The position numbers were made by a program, and so were the translations under genes. The notes under the pieces were generated by a model that ran no database searches, was not told where the DNA came from, and worked only from the letters and a program-made list of their open reading frames with translations. From positions 1 through 24,608 of IMG/VR virus record IMGVR_UViG_3300050330_000013: 24,608 nt of DNA, one strand, 5' to 3'. This document shows, piece by piece, positions 9,945-17,906 of this stretch (position 1 is the stretch's first letter; each line of letters opens with the position of its first letter). The DNA is from a virus (lineage: Duplodnaviria; Caudoviricetes).

Positions 9945-10135
9945 CAGCCGATCCCTCCGGCCGCCGCGGCCTGCGCTGCCTGCTCGCGACGGCGCGCATC
10001 GTTGAGGCCCTCCACGAGAGCGGCCGCCTCAGCGCGTGTGAGGCCGCGGGCGATCTCCACCGGGACCCCGGCGTGGAGCAGCATCCCCATTTCCCGCCAG
10101 ACCCCGGCTAGCCCGTCGGGGTCTGGCTGGTAGGG
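9944..10135 (-). CDS. Tail assembly chaperone extension (gpT-like), probably reached by -1 frameshift; alternatively a 48-aa ORF from ATG 10090
   Basis: Not in the ORF track. The -1 frame reads PYQPDPDGLAGVWREMGMLLHAGVPVEIARGLTRAEAAALVEGLNDARRREQAAQAAAAGGIG*, overlapping the chaperone end, and its TGA overlaps the TMP ATG (TGATG). Confidence 0.75.
   Translation of the reverse strand, partial: PYQPDPDGLAGVWREMGMLLHAGVPVEIARGLTRAEAAALVEGLNDARRREQAAQAAAAGGIG
10096..10135 (-). promoter_or_regulatory. Candidate -1 frameshift signal: C-CCT followed by an 11-bp stem-loop
   Basis: Minus strand reads CGC CCT ACC A GCCAGACCCCG acgggctagc CGGGGTCTGGC; perfect 11-bp stem 10096-10127 with the TAG stop in its loop. 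Confidence 0.55.
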
Positions 10136-10524
10136 CGCGCGTCCAGGATCTCCATCGCCGCCTCGTAGTCCTGGTCGTCCCAGTGGTCGAGGAGCAGCTG
10201 CACGTCCGGCGTCGGATCGAGGCGCTGGGCGAGCAGGCCGAGGCGGAACATGAACAGTTCCGTGGAGGCGGCGTGGTGCTGGGCGCGCAGGTCGTGCAGT
10301 TCCGCCTGGATCGCCGCGAGGGCCTCCGTGTCGAACGCGCCATCACCGTCGGCGAGGTCCACCATCCGCTGGTTCGCGTGGGTGATGCGCGTGGCGTAGC
10401 CGTTCACGACGTCGCGCAGGTCGCCCTCCTTGGCGGCCTGCTCCTCCCGCGCGAGGATCACCGAGTAGGTCTCCTTGCGGGGGGTGAACGTCTGGTCGCC
10501 GGCGGTGATCACACGGCGGCTCAT
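10108..10524 (-). CDS. Tail assembly chaperone (gpG-like), 138 aa
   Basis: ATG 10524 overlaps the tail tube stop (ATGA); lies between tail tube and TMP; acidic, helical, ends ...DARPTSQTPTG*. Confidence 0.85.
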   Translation of the reverse strand: MSRRVITAGDQTFTPRKETYSVILAREEQAAKEGDLRDVVNGYATRITHANQRMVDLADGDGAFDTEALAAIQAELHDLRAQHHAASTELFMFRLGLLAQRLDPTPDVQLLLDHWDDQDYEAAMEILDARPTSQTPTG

Positions 10525-11873
10525 GCGTATGCCTCGATCGCGGCGAGGCCGCACACGACGGAGAACTTCGCGTCGTAGCCGGCGGTCTCGTCGTAGGCGG
10601 CCATGAACTCGTACGCGCCGGAGTGGTTACGGCGGGCGGTCATGTCGTCTGCGCCGGTCCCGCCGACGATCTGGCAGGCGGGCATCTCCAGCCACATCTC
10701 GTACGGCGCGCCTGTCGCGGCGACCGTCGACTGGGAGCGCCAGTGCGCGGAGGCCGCGAAGCGGTCGGCGAGGAGGAGCGACTCCTCGTCGTCGACGTCG
10801 AGGGCGTCGGTGTTCACCGACCCGGTGACCGTCGTGTAGCCCTGGTCGTAGCGCATCGTTCCGGGGAACGCGGACCGGCGGCCGTAGTCGCGCATCGCGA
10901 CGATCGGATTCGCGATCGAGGCGGACAAGTCCGACACGTTCCCGGAGCCGTCGCGCCACGTCACCACCAGATCACGCGACAGCCACGGGGCGACCTCGCT
11001 GGTGAGGTACGACGGGGACAGCGCCGGGTCGTCGATCTCCTGGTGGACCAGACCGAGGAGTGTGGCCTGCATGGTCGCCATCGCATCCAACGACAGCTGC
11101 GACACGCCGAAGCCCTGCCCCTGCTTGAAGACGCTGTTGCCCTCATAGGAGGCGCGAATGTCGAACGTCTTCGCCTGGTTGCCGGTGCGCTTCGCCGACG
11201 TCCACAGGTACGCGCCGACGGGGACGCCGGTGCCGGCCGGGGTGAGCACGCCGCCGGTCGAGCCGGTGACGGTGCTCGTGATCGCACTCGTCGGCGCCGT
11301 CCCGCCGGTGAGGGAGTCGGTGGTCGTCCCGACGGCCACGGTCTGAGCAGCGTGACGGCCCTGCCATGCGATCGTGATCGGCCCGGTCGGCAGTGCCGTA
11401 CCGGTGCACACCACCCCGTCGTTGCCGACCGAGGGGAGCTTGCGCAGGGCGCGCTGCACCTGCGCGGCGGTCGCGTTGTATGGCAGGTCGCCGGTGGTCT
11501 CCGTGAACACCGTGATGGTGAACGTCCCGCCGGTCGGCGTGCCGGTGATCGCCAACTCGTGCTCGGCGTTCACGCCCTCCCCGGCCTGCACCGTCATGTT
11601 GAACCCGGCGGCATGCAGGAGCACCACCGCCGGCGGCCCATAGCCGCGGACGTTCACCGTGCCGGTCGGCGCGAACGACTCGACGATCTGCGCCGTCGGG
11701 GACAGATGGCCGCGGACCTCGTCGGAGCGGTCCATCAGCGACGGCGCCGGCCGCACCGCAGCCGAGGTCACCGGGAAGAAATGTTCGATTGAGGAGAGCC
11801 GGTACGGGGCGATGATCGGCGCGCCCTCATAGCGGGCGGTCTCCTCGAACCGGATCGCGACGTTGTCGCTCAT
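10521..11873 (-). CDS. Major tail (tube) protein with inserted Thr/Gly-rich beta domain, 450 aa
   Basis: Position between tail terminator and chaperones; SD GGAGG and ATGA overlap. Insert ITGTPTGGTFTITV...LPYNATAAQVQRALRKLPSVG at ~11255-11565. Confidence 0.85.
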   Translation of the reverse strand: MSDNVAIRFEETARYEGAPIIAPYRLSSIEHFFPVTSAAVRPAPSLMDRSDEVRGHLSPTAQIVESFAPTGTVNVRGYGPPAVVLLHAAGFNMTVQAGEGVNAEHELAITGTPTGGTFTITVFTETTGDLPYNATAAQVQRALRKLPSVGNDGVVCTGTALPTGPITIAWQGRHAAQTVAVGTTTDSLTGGTAPTSAITSTVTGSTGGVLTPAGTGVPVGAYLWTSAKRTGNQAKTFDIRASYEGNSVFKQGQGFGVSQLSLDAMATMQATLLGLVHQEIDDPALSPSYLTSEVAPWLSRDLVVTWRDGSGNVSDLSASIANPIVAMRDYGRRSAFPGTMRYDQGYTTVTGSVNTDALDVDDEESLLLADRFAASAHWRSQSTVAATGAPYEMWLEMPACQIVGGTGADDMTARRNHSGAYEFMAAYDETAGYDAKFSVVCGLAAIEAYA

Positions 11874-12058
11874 GACGGGTCCTCCTGGGGCTCATCGGCG
11901 GCCGCGCGTGTCACCGGCGGCGGCTCGGGGGTCGACTGCCGGCGGGACCGGCGCGGGGCGCGTGCAGGAGCGGCCGCCGGAGTGGCCTCATCGGCCTGCC
12001 GGCGCAGGTCGGCCTCGCCGACCACCATGCGCTCCGCGTTGTGGGTCGTGGTGGACAA
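11870..12058 (-). CDS. Small low-complexity protein, 62 aa (TTG start)
   Basis: Strong SD AGGAGG upstream of TTG 12058; fills the gap exactly and overlaps the tube gene start. Confidence 0.65.
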   Translation of the reverse strand: MSTTTHNAERMVVGEADLRRQADEATPAAAPARAPRRSRRQSTPEPPPVTRAAADEPQEDPS

Positions 12059-12068
12059 CAGGGGCCTC

Positions 12069-12515
12069 CTAGTTCCTGGGCATGAGGGACAGCACCTGGA
12101 CGTCGCACTCGGCGATGATCAGGCGGGGATTGCGGGCGGCGTCGCCGTAGCCGACACGGCCGGCGACCAGGCGCGCCTCGACGGCCTCACCGCCGAGGGT
12201 CCAGTCGGCGTCAAGTTCGTAGACCATCTCCCCGAGGAGACGGCGGATGTCGGCCTGCGCTTCGGCGGGCTCGTGCATCGACACCTGCAAAGTCACGGCC
12301 CACGATTGACGCCAGTCGTCGGAGCCGAGCTGGCGTTCGGAGTCGTCGATCTCGGAGCGCTGCAGCTCCGGCGTGCCGATGAGGATGCACGGCGTCGGCA
12401 GTTCGCTCCCGACGGGCTCGTGGTCGAACACGGCGACACCGTCGATCCGGCCGAAGCAGGTGGCCAGGGCAGCGGCGATCGCCCCGAGCTTCGCGCCGGG
12501 GTCGGTCGTCGGCAT
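12069..12515 (-). CDS. Tail terminator, 148 aa
   Basis: Acidic ~150-aa protein before the tube gene; PTPCILIG and LDADWTLGG motifs typical of actinophage tail terminators. Confidence 0.75.
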   Translation of the reverse strand: MPTTDPGAKLGAIAAALATCFGRIDGVAVFDHEPVGSELPTPCILIGTPELQRSEIDDSERQLGSDDWRQSWAVTLQVSMHEPAEAQADIRRLLGEMVYELDADWTLGGEAVEARLVAGRVGYGDAARNPRLIIAECDVQVLSLMPRN

Positions 12516-12526
12516 CTGCGTGGCCT

Positions 12527-13054
12527 CTAGTTGAGGGTTCTGGCGGCGATGCCGCCGTCGACGTGGCGTTGGATCAGGCCGGGGAGCTTGCGGTCGAGCT
12601 CCCGCAGGAACCCGCGGCGCTCACGGTCAACCGCCCGACGCAGGAACGCCTTCGCGGCGTACTTGCGGGGCGTCTTCACGTACCGGACGAACACGTCGCC
12701 GCCGCCGGCGGAGAAGTGGATCGCGCCGACATCAGGGCCGTGGGTGATGACGCCCTTCACGGTGCCGCCGAACTCGAGCAGGCCGAAGATCCGGCGGTTC
12801 ATCCCGCGGGCCTTCGTGGTGAGGTAGACGGAGCGGGTGGTGGCACGGGCGATGACGCTCGACGCGATGATGCTCGGCGCGGACCGGCGCGCCCGCGGGA
12901 CGACACGCCGCGTCGCGATGTCGAGCATCAGCCCCTTCGTGTCCTTGTTCAGCTCTCGGCGAGCGGCCTTCAGTCCGGCGCGGGCCTGCTCGTCGCGGAC
13001 CTTGATCGAGATCAACGTCCGCGACGCGCCGGAGCGAGTGTTGACGGTCGCCAT
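12527..13054 (-). CDS. Neck/tail completion protein (HK97 gp10-like), 175 aa
   Basis: ATG 13054 overlaps the adaptor stop (TGATG); very basic; LLEFGGT and KAFLRRAV resemble the gp10 EFGT and PFLRPA motifs. Confidence 0.7.
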   Translation of the reverse strand: MATVNTRSGASRTLISIKVRDEQARAGLKAARRELNKDTKGLMLDIATRRVVPRARRSAPSIIASSVIARATTRSVYLTTKARGMNRRIFGLLEFGGTVKGVITHGPDVGAIHFSAGGGDVFVRYVKTPRKYAAKAFLRRAVDRERRGFLRELDRKLPGLIQRHVDGGIAARTLN

Positions 13055-13650
13055 CAGACGACCCCGAGGCGTCGATACGGCAGGAGCAGGTTCCGGGCGA
13101 TCCACGGCAGGTCACGGATCGGCGGCGTCCCCGGCTCGAACTGGTCGGGGCTCGGCTCGCTGAGGGCCTGACGCAGCTTCAACCACTCGCATGCCGTCTC
13201 GATCGCCGCCTGCCGGACATCGGCGGGGATCGCCGGCCATCCCCACAGGCCGGTCACGGTGATGATCTGACCGGCCGCCGGTGCCGTCGCTGAGGGACGG
13301 ATGAGGAGCCGGTCGATCGGCTGCCACGCTTCGCGGTTCCGCGGCAGGCAGACCACATCGGCGACATCGAGCGTCGCGACGGTCACACCATCCGCGTCCT
13401 CGATCGTCACCGCGGTGGGCGGCGCCGACAGGTCATCGATCCGCCAGGCGCCTGCGATAGCGACGGCACCGAAGCTGCGGACAGTCGCGGCGGTATCCAG
13501 CGGCGTTATGCGACGGCCGGTCCAGGTCATCACCCGCCGGGAGGCAGCCGTGACCATCGCCTGGGTGAGGACATCGAACGTGGTGGACGTGTCACGGCGG
13601 GCGGCTTTCACCTGTTCCACCGTGCACAGGTCGATCGGGTCGGGTGCCAC
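13054..13650 (-). CDS. Head-tail adaptor (gp6/gp15-like, long form), 198 aa
   Basis: LCTVEQVKA...MVTAASRRVMTWTGRR N-terminus and VTGLWGWPAIPADVRQAAI...LLLPYRR C-terminus. Confidence 0.85.
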   Translation of the reverse strand: MAPDPIDLCTVEQVKAARRDTSTTFDVLTQAMVTAASRRVMTWTGRRITPLDTAATVRSFGAVAIAGAWRIDDLSAPPTAVTIEDADGVTVATLDVADVVCLPRNREAWQPIDRLLIRPSATAPAAGQIITVTGLWGWPAIPADVRQAAIETACEWLKLRQALSEPSPDQFEPGTPPIRDLPWIARNLLLPYRRLGVV

Positions 13651-13652
13651 GG

Positions 13653-13922
13653 CTACTTACGCGACCTCGCGCCGCGCTTGGCGGCGGGCTTGTTCTCAGG
13701 CGGCGGGCCGTCTGAGCGGTCCTCCAGGTCCGGCTCGTCGGCCGTGGCCTCATCTGGCACCGCCTCGACGACACCACCGGCCGCCATAGCCTCGGCGGCG
13801 CCGACCTCGACATACCGCTCGGCGAGGGAATCGGGGAGGTCGTACACGTCTCCGGCGGTCAGTGCGGTGGCGTTGATGCCGTCGAGGGCCGCGGTGCGGT
13901 CCTCGGCCATGCGGACACGCAT
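13653..13922 (-). CDS. Small head-associated protein, 89 aa
   Basis: SD GAGGAG before ATG 13922. MRVRM...AGDVYDLPDSLAERYVEVGAAE is typical of small post-capsid proteins; disordered acidic then basic tail. Confidence 0.75.
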   Translation of the reverse strand: MRVRMAEDRTAALDGINATALTAGDVYDLPDSLAERYVEVGAAEAMAAGGVVEAVPDEATADEPDLEDRSDGPPPENKPAAKRGARSRK

Positions 13923-13944
13923 GGTGCTCCTCTCGTGGGCAGGG

Positions 13945-13983
13945 GCCGCCGACCGGACGATCGGGTCGATCCGGTCGAGCGGC
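13945..13983. terminator. Long GC-rich intergenic hairpin (possible attenuator or mRNA stabiliser) after the capsid and cement genes
   Basis: GCCGC-CGACCGGA-CGA tcggg TCG-a-TCCGGTCG-a-GCGGC; no U tract. Confidence 0.55.
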
Positions 13984-14002
13984 GCCATGCGTTCGTCTCC
14001 TA

Positions 14003-14413
14003 CTAGGCGGCGGTGCCGATGTGGCGCAGCCGGTGCTTCACGACCACCGCCGACATGGGAATCGCCGGGTTGGTGCCCGTCTCCGCGGTGACAGCGACAC
14101 GCACGTACTGCTTGTTGCCGATGTAGCCGCGGGTGTGGGCCTGGGCGTCGTTGGCGGCGGCGACGGCGATCTCCCCGCCTCCGCCGAGCAGGTCATCGTC
14201 GGCGACCTTGGTGAAGTTCGCGGCCGCCTCGTCGGACTCCTGGACCTGCACGGTGAAGCCCGGCGTGTCCGTCCCTCCGATGGTGCCGAGGGCGATGATG
14301 ACCTCGGCGGCGTTCGCGTCGGACAGGTCGATCCCGGTTCCGTCCGCGGGTGCGTCCACGGAGGCCGCGGCCAGCGTCACCGCGACGTCGATGCTGTTGT
14401 GAAGATCGCGCAC
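14003..14413 (-). CDS. Capsid cement/decoration protein (beta-sandwich, Bbp16-like), 136 aa
   Basis: SD AAAGGAG before GTG 14413; GTGIDLS...VQVQESDE...RGYIGNKQYVRV; directly after the capsid gene. Confidence 0.75.
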   Translation of the reverse strand: MRDLHNSIDVAVTLAAASVDAPADGTGIDLSDANAAEVIIALGTIGGTDTPGFTVQVQESDEAAANFTKVADDDLLGGGGEIAVAAANDAQAHTRGYIGNKQYVRVAVTAETGTNPAIPMSAVVVKHRLRHIGTAA

Positions 14414-14471
14414 GTTCGCTCCTTTCTGCGAAGCGTGGGACACCGCCGCGAGCAGCGGGGTCCGCGGTTGA

Positions 14472-15629
14472 CTAGGCCTTGGCTTTGAGGATCTTGATGG
14501 CCTCCGGCACGACCGTCTGCCCGCCGAGGCGGCGACGGAAGATGAACCGCACCATCCCGTCGGCGGCCTGCGTGTACGGGTCACGCTGCACGGCCGTCTG
14601 GATCCGGTCGACGGCGACGTAGCCGCGGCGGAAGTCGCCGAAGGCAATGACTTTCGCATTGTCGACCGATGCCAGCGGCATGTCCGGCGCCTCGTTGTAG
14701 GGCCGGTCCAGGATCGTCGCCGGGGCGAGCCCCGAGAGGCCGGCCTGCCAGAGGTAGTTGCCGTTGACGGCGTCCTTGAGCAGGCGCACGTCCCGGATGG
14801 TGGTCCGGTTCATGACCCACTGCGCGTTCGCCGTGTAGGCGCCCTTGAGGGAGAAGAAAAGCTTGATCAGGTCGTCCCCGGCGATGACGTTGGAGGCGGC
14901 CGTCTCCAGGGACGCATCGATGCCGGAGGACGCGTCGAGGATGCCCTCGGGCTTCTTCGACCCGTTGCCGGTCACGAACGCGGTGCCCTCGGCGACGCCG
15001 AACTGCTCGGCGACCTCCTCACGGAGCCAGCCCTCGATGTCGAAGCTGGCGTCCTCCAGGAGCCAGTTCGACACGTCGACCATGGCGTACAGCTCGTGGG
15101 TGGGGATCTCCTCCAGGCCGACGCTCGGCTCGGAGGTCGTCTTGGTTTCGGTCTCCCCGACCCACCGCGCCGAGACGCTGCCGGTGCGCTTGGGGAACTT
15201 CACCGACGACGCCGACGTGGAGAGCACGCGAACCAGCTGGCGCATCGGCGAGAACTCGACGACGCCTTTGAGCATCTCGTCGACGAACTCTGTGGGGGCG
15301 AGGAACCCGGCGCCGGTGTCGTCGCCGACCTGCAGCGCCTTCACCTCGTCGGCGCCCGCTCCGCTCTTGCGGACGAACACCTCGAACGCCTTCTGCTCCT
15401 CGGTGCGCTCACGGGCGGCATCGGCGCGCTGCGTGACGAGGGCGGCCTTCTTCGCGTCGGCCTCCAACTGGTCGAGGCGGTCGTTGACCCGCTCGACGGC
15501 GGCCTTGGTTTCCGCGGTGATCTCTCCCCGCGCGGTCTTCTCCTCCTCGATGGCCGTGCGCAGCGGGTCGAGGTGCTCGCCCACCGTCTGCTTCAGCTCT
15601 TCGAGGAGCTGCTTGTCGATGTCAGGCAC
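14472..15629 (-). CDS. HK97-fold major capsid protein, 385 aa
   Basis: N-terminal coiled-coil delta domain; GFLAP, WVGE, VSNWLLEDA, AFVTGNGSKKPEGIL, WVMN, IAFGDF motifs. Confidence 0.97.
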   Translation of the reverse strand: MPDIDKQLLEELKQTVGEHLDPLRTAIEEEKTARGEITAETKAAVERVNDRLDQLEADAKKAALVTQRADAARERTEEQKAFEVFVRKSGAGADEVKALQVGDDTGAGFLAPTEFVDEMLKGVVEFSPMRQLVRVLSTSASSVKFPKRTGSVSARWVGETETKTTSEPSVGLEEIPTHELYAMVDVSNWLLEDASFDIEGWLREEVAEQFGVAEGTAFVTGNGSKKPEGILDASSGIDASLETAASNVIAGDDLIKLFFSLKGAYTANAQWVMNRTTIRDVRLLKDAVNGNYLWQAGLSGLAPATILDRPYNEAPDMPLASVDNAKVIAFGDFRRGYVAVDRIQTAVQRDPYTQAADGMVRFIFRRRLGGQTVVPEAIKILKAKA

Positions 15630-16227
15630 GACAGTGCTCCTTCTTCAGGTCGGACATGAAGGCGCGCAGGGTGGCCTCTGCCGGCCCGGCGAGCGTGCTG
15701 GCGGCTCCCGACTCGGCGGTGGCCCGCTCGGCGTCGTGGAGTGCCTTGAGGGCGCGGTCGCGCCCCTTGACCCCGGTCACGAGCGCGAGCTCGTTCGCGG
15801 GCCAGGTGACCGTGGAGAACTCCCACAGCTTGATCTCGGTGAGGTATCGCACCCCGGCGTCGAGGCGCTGCTGGATCGTCTGGAAGCCGATCGACAGGCC
15901 CGTGAGGGCGCCGAGCTTCATCAACCCCAGTGCCTCCCGGCCGCGGGCGACCTCGCGGCTCACGGCGGCCTTCACGTAGAGGCCCATGTCGTCCTCGGTC
16001 ATCTCGGTGGAGACGCCAATCGGCTCCCACGAGTCGTGCTGCCACAGCACCGGGAAGACGCCTGCCTTGTCGGCAATCGTCTTCGCGAACGCGCCCGGCT
16101 CGATGACGTCGCCGTAGCTGTCGCGGTTCCCGAAGACGGCGGCGTAGCCCTCGAACTCGCCGGCATCGGTGTCGACCTCGCGGACCTCCATGCGGAAGGC
16201 CTTGATCTCATGGTCATGGTCACGCAT
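15622..16227 (-). CDS. HK97-family prohead protease, 201 aa
   Basis: FEGYAAVFGNRDSYGDVIEPGAF, VLWQHD (His), GLSIGF (Ser), LWEFSTVTWPAN. Confidence 0.96.
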   Translation of the reverse strand: MRDHDHEIKAFRMEVREVDTDAGEFEGYAAVFGNRDSYGDVIEPGAFAKTIADKAGVFPVLWQHDSWEPIGVSTEMTEDDMGLYVKAAVSREVARGREALGLMKLGALTGLSIGFQTIQQRLDAGVRYLTEIKLWEFSTVTWPANELALVTGVKGRDRALKALHDAERATAESGAASTLAGPAEATLRAFMSDLKKEHCRA

Positions 16228-17755
16228 CGGTGCCCTCCTCCTGGGGTGTGGTCGCGTCGGGGACGGCGGGTGCGGCCGGCGGCTCGGCGATTAGCTCGGG
16301 GTCGGCGGCCGCGGCGATATGGCGCAGGGAGTCGGGGTTGAACAGGCCATAGCTGTTCGCGAGTCCAAGACGGGACAGGCCGAGGGCGATGTCGGCCATG
16401 ATCTTCACGCGCTCGGCTTCGGTCGGCGCGCCCCGAGTGCCGACGTCATCGCCGGTTGTCCCGCTGTCGCTGCCGTCATCGCTGCCCGTGCCGCCCGTGC
16501 CGTCTCCGCCGCCGGCGCCGGGGTTGCTCTCTCCGCCGACGGGGGTGACCTGCAGGACGTCGCCGTCGGGGTGCGGCGGCTGGTTGTCGAAACGGCGGAT
16601 CTCGTTGGCGGTGTAGATCCCGCCCTGGCGGTACTGGCGGTACGCATCCACGCGGGTCTTCATGTCGGGGCGCACCAGGGCGTCGGTGAGCGCCTCCACG
16701 AACATCGGCTCCCCGTCATCGGGGAACAGGTCAGGGTCCGCGCTGAGGGCCTGCTCGAGCGGGGTGACGACCGGGCCGAGGCAGAACACGGCGAACTGGA
16801 TCTGGGCGTCCTCACCGGTCGGCCCGCCCTCCGAAGTGTCACCGACCAGCGACGGCGGCATGCCGTACAGGCCGGCGATGGTCTGCAGGGTGAGCCGCTC
16901 CGATTCGACGAACTGCGCGTCGGCGAGACTGATCGGCGGGATGGTGACCAGGTCGGCGCCACCGCCGAGCGCCGCGGCCTTCCCGGCGTTCTCCGGCCCG
17001 CGGTGGCTGGCGTTCCACAGATCCAGGAACGCTTTGGCTTCGGCCTCACCGAGGTCCTGCGGGAACTTGACCGCGCTTCCAGGTCTGGCGTCGTTTGAGA
17101 AGTACGCCCGCTCCCACGCCTGGCGTTGCCTGCCGGTGCCGACCGCGACACGCAGCGTGCCGATCGGGGAGACGCCCTCCAGGTCGGCGTCGAGTCCCGA
17201 GTCGCCGAACTGCAGATCCCGCACGTGGATGATCTCCTCGGCCGACATCACCGTGGTGCCGCCGGCGTAGGTGACGTCGTAGACGATCGTCCCGGTGGTC
17301 GAGCGGCGCGGCGTGCAGCGGCGCGGGTCGAGGACCAGCAGCTCCCGGACGCGGCGGCGGTCGCCGGCACCGACGGTGATCTTGCGCAGGTACGCGTTCC
17401 CGCACGCCGCCAGGCAGGCGGCGGCATCGCCGCCGAGGTTGAACGGCACGCGCCGATCGCCGGGGGCGTGGTGCATGAGCCGCCACTGCCACGCATCGGG
17501 GGCCCGCTCACGGTCCTCCCGCTCGCCGCGGTAGACGATCAGCGGGCTCATGCCCGCACCGTGGGCGATCCGGCGGATCACCGACAGCCACGCCGGCAGG
17601 CCGACGGCCTGCTCGATGCTGCCACCCATGCCGGCGGTGAGGAACGACGGCGGCGGCAGCGTCGACCACGGCCAGTCCGACAGGCTCGGCCCGACACCGG
17701 TGCCCTTCACCTCGGCGCCGAGTGCGCGCATCAAGCCGCGCGTCAGGACGCTCAC
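16220..17755 (-). CDS. HK97-family portal protein with C-terminal extension, 511 aa
   Basis: GNAYL, EEIIHVR, GVSPI, DAQFVE, IAGLYGMPPSLVG, GIYTANEIRR motifs. Confidence 0.96.
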   Translation of the reverse strand: MSVLTRGLMRALGAEVKGTGVGPSLSDWPWSTLPPPSFLTAGMGGSIEQAVGLPAWLSVIRRIAHGAGMSPLIVYRGEREDRERAPDAWQWRLMHHAPGDRRVPFNLGGDAAACLAACGNAYLRKITVGAGDRRRVRELLVLDPRRCTPRRSTTGTIVYDVTYAGGTTVMSAEEIIHVRDLQFGDSGLDADLEGVSPIGTLRVAVGTGRQRQAWERAYFSNDARPGSAVKFPQDLGEAEAKAFLDLWNASHRGPENAGKAAALGGGADLVTIPPISLADAQFVESERLTLQTIAGLYGMPPSLVGDTSEGGPTGEDAQIQFAVFCLGPVVTPLEQALSADPDLFPDDGEPMFVEALTDALVRPDMKTRVDAYRQYRQGGIYTANEIRRFDNQPPHPDGDVLQVTPVGGESNPGAGGGDGTGGTGSDDGSDSGTTGDDVGTRGAPTEAERVKIMADIALGLSRLGLANSYGLFNPDSLRHIAAAADPELIAEPPAAPAVPDATTPQEEGTDA

Positions 17756-17904
17756 CGCTCACCGCCGATCGCGACAACCGCACCGCCGGCCACGGCGAGG
17801 CCGGCGACGATGAACGCCGCCGGCATCCACACCAGGGCGACACCGGTCACGAGCAGGGCGAGTCCGGCGGCGAGTGCCACCCGGCTGACGATGAGGCGCA
17901 CCAC
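17752..17904 (-). CDS. Small two-TM membrane protein between TerL and portal, ~50 aa
   Basis: GTG 17904 (or 17901) just after the TerL stop; two hydrophobic stretches around WMPAA; GTGA overlap with the portal. Confidence 0.7.
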   Translation of the reverse strand: MVRLIVSRVALAAGLALLVTGVALVWMPAAFIVAGLAVAGGAVVAIGGER

Positions 17905-17906
17905 AG

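Noticed and set aside
10089-10095. Canonical-looking slippery heptamer GGGAAAT (minus strand)
   Set aside because: It lies downstream of the chaperone TAG stop and in the wrong phase to link the chaperone frame to the extension frame.
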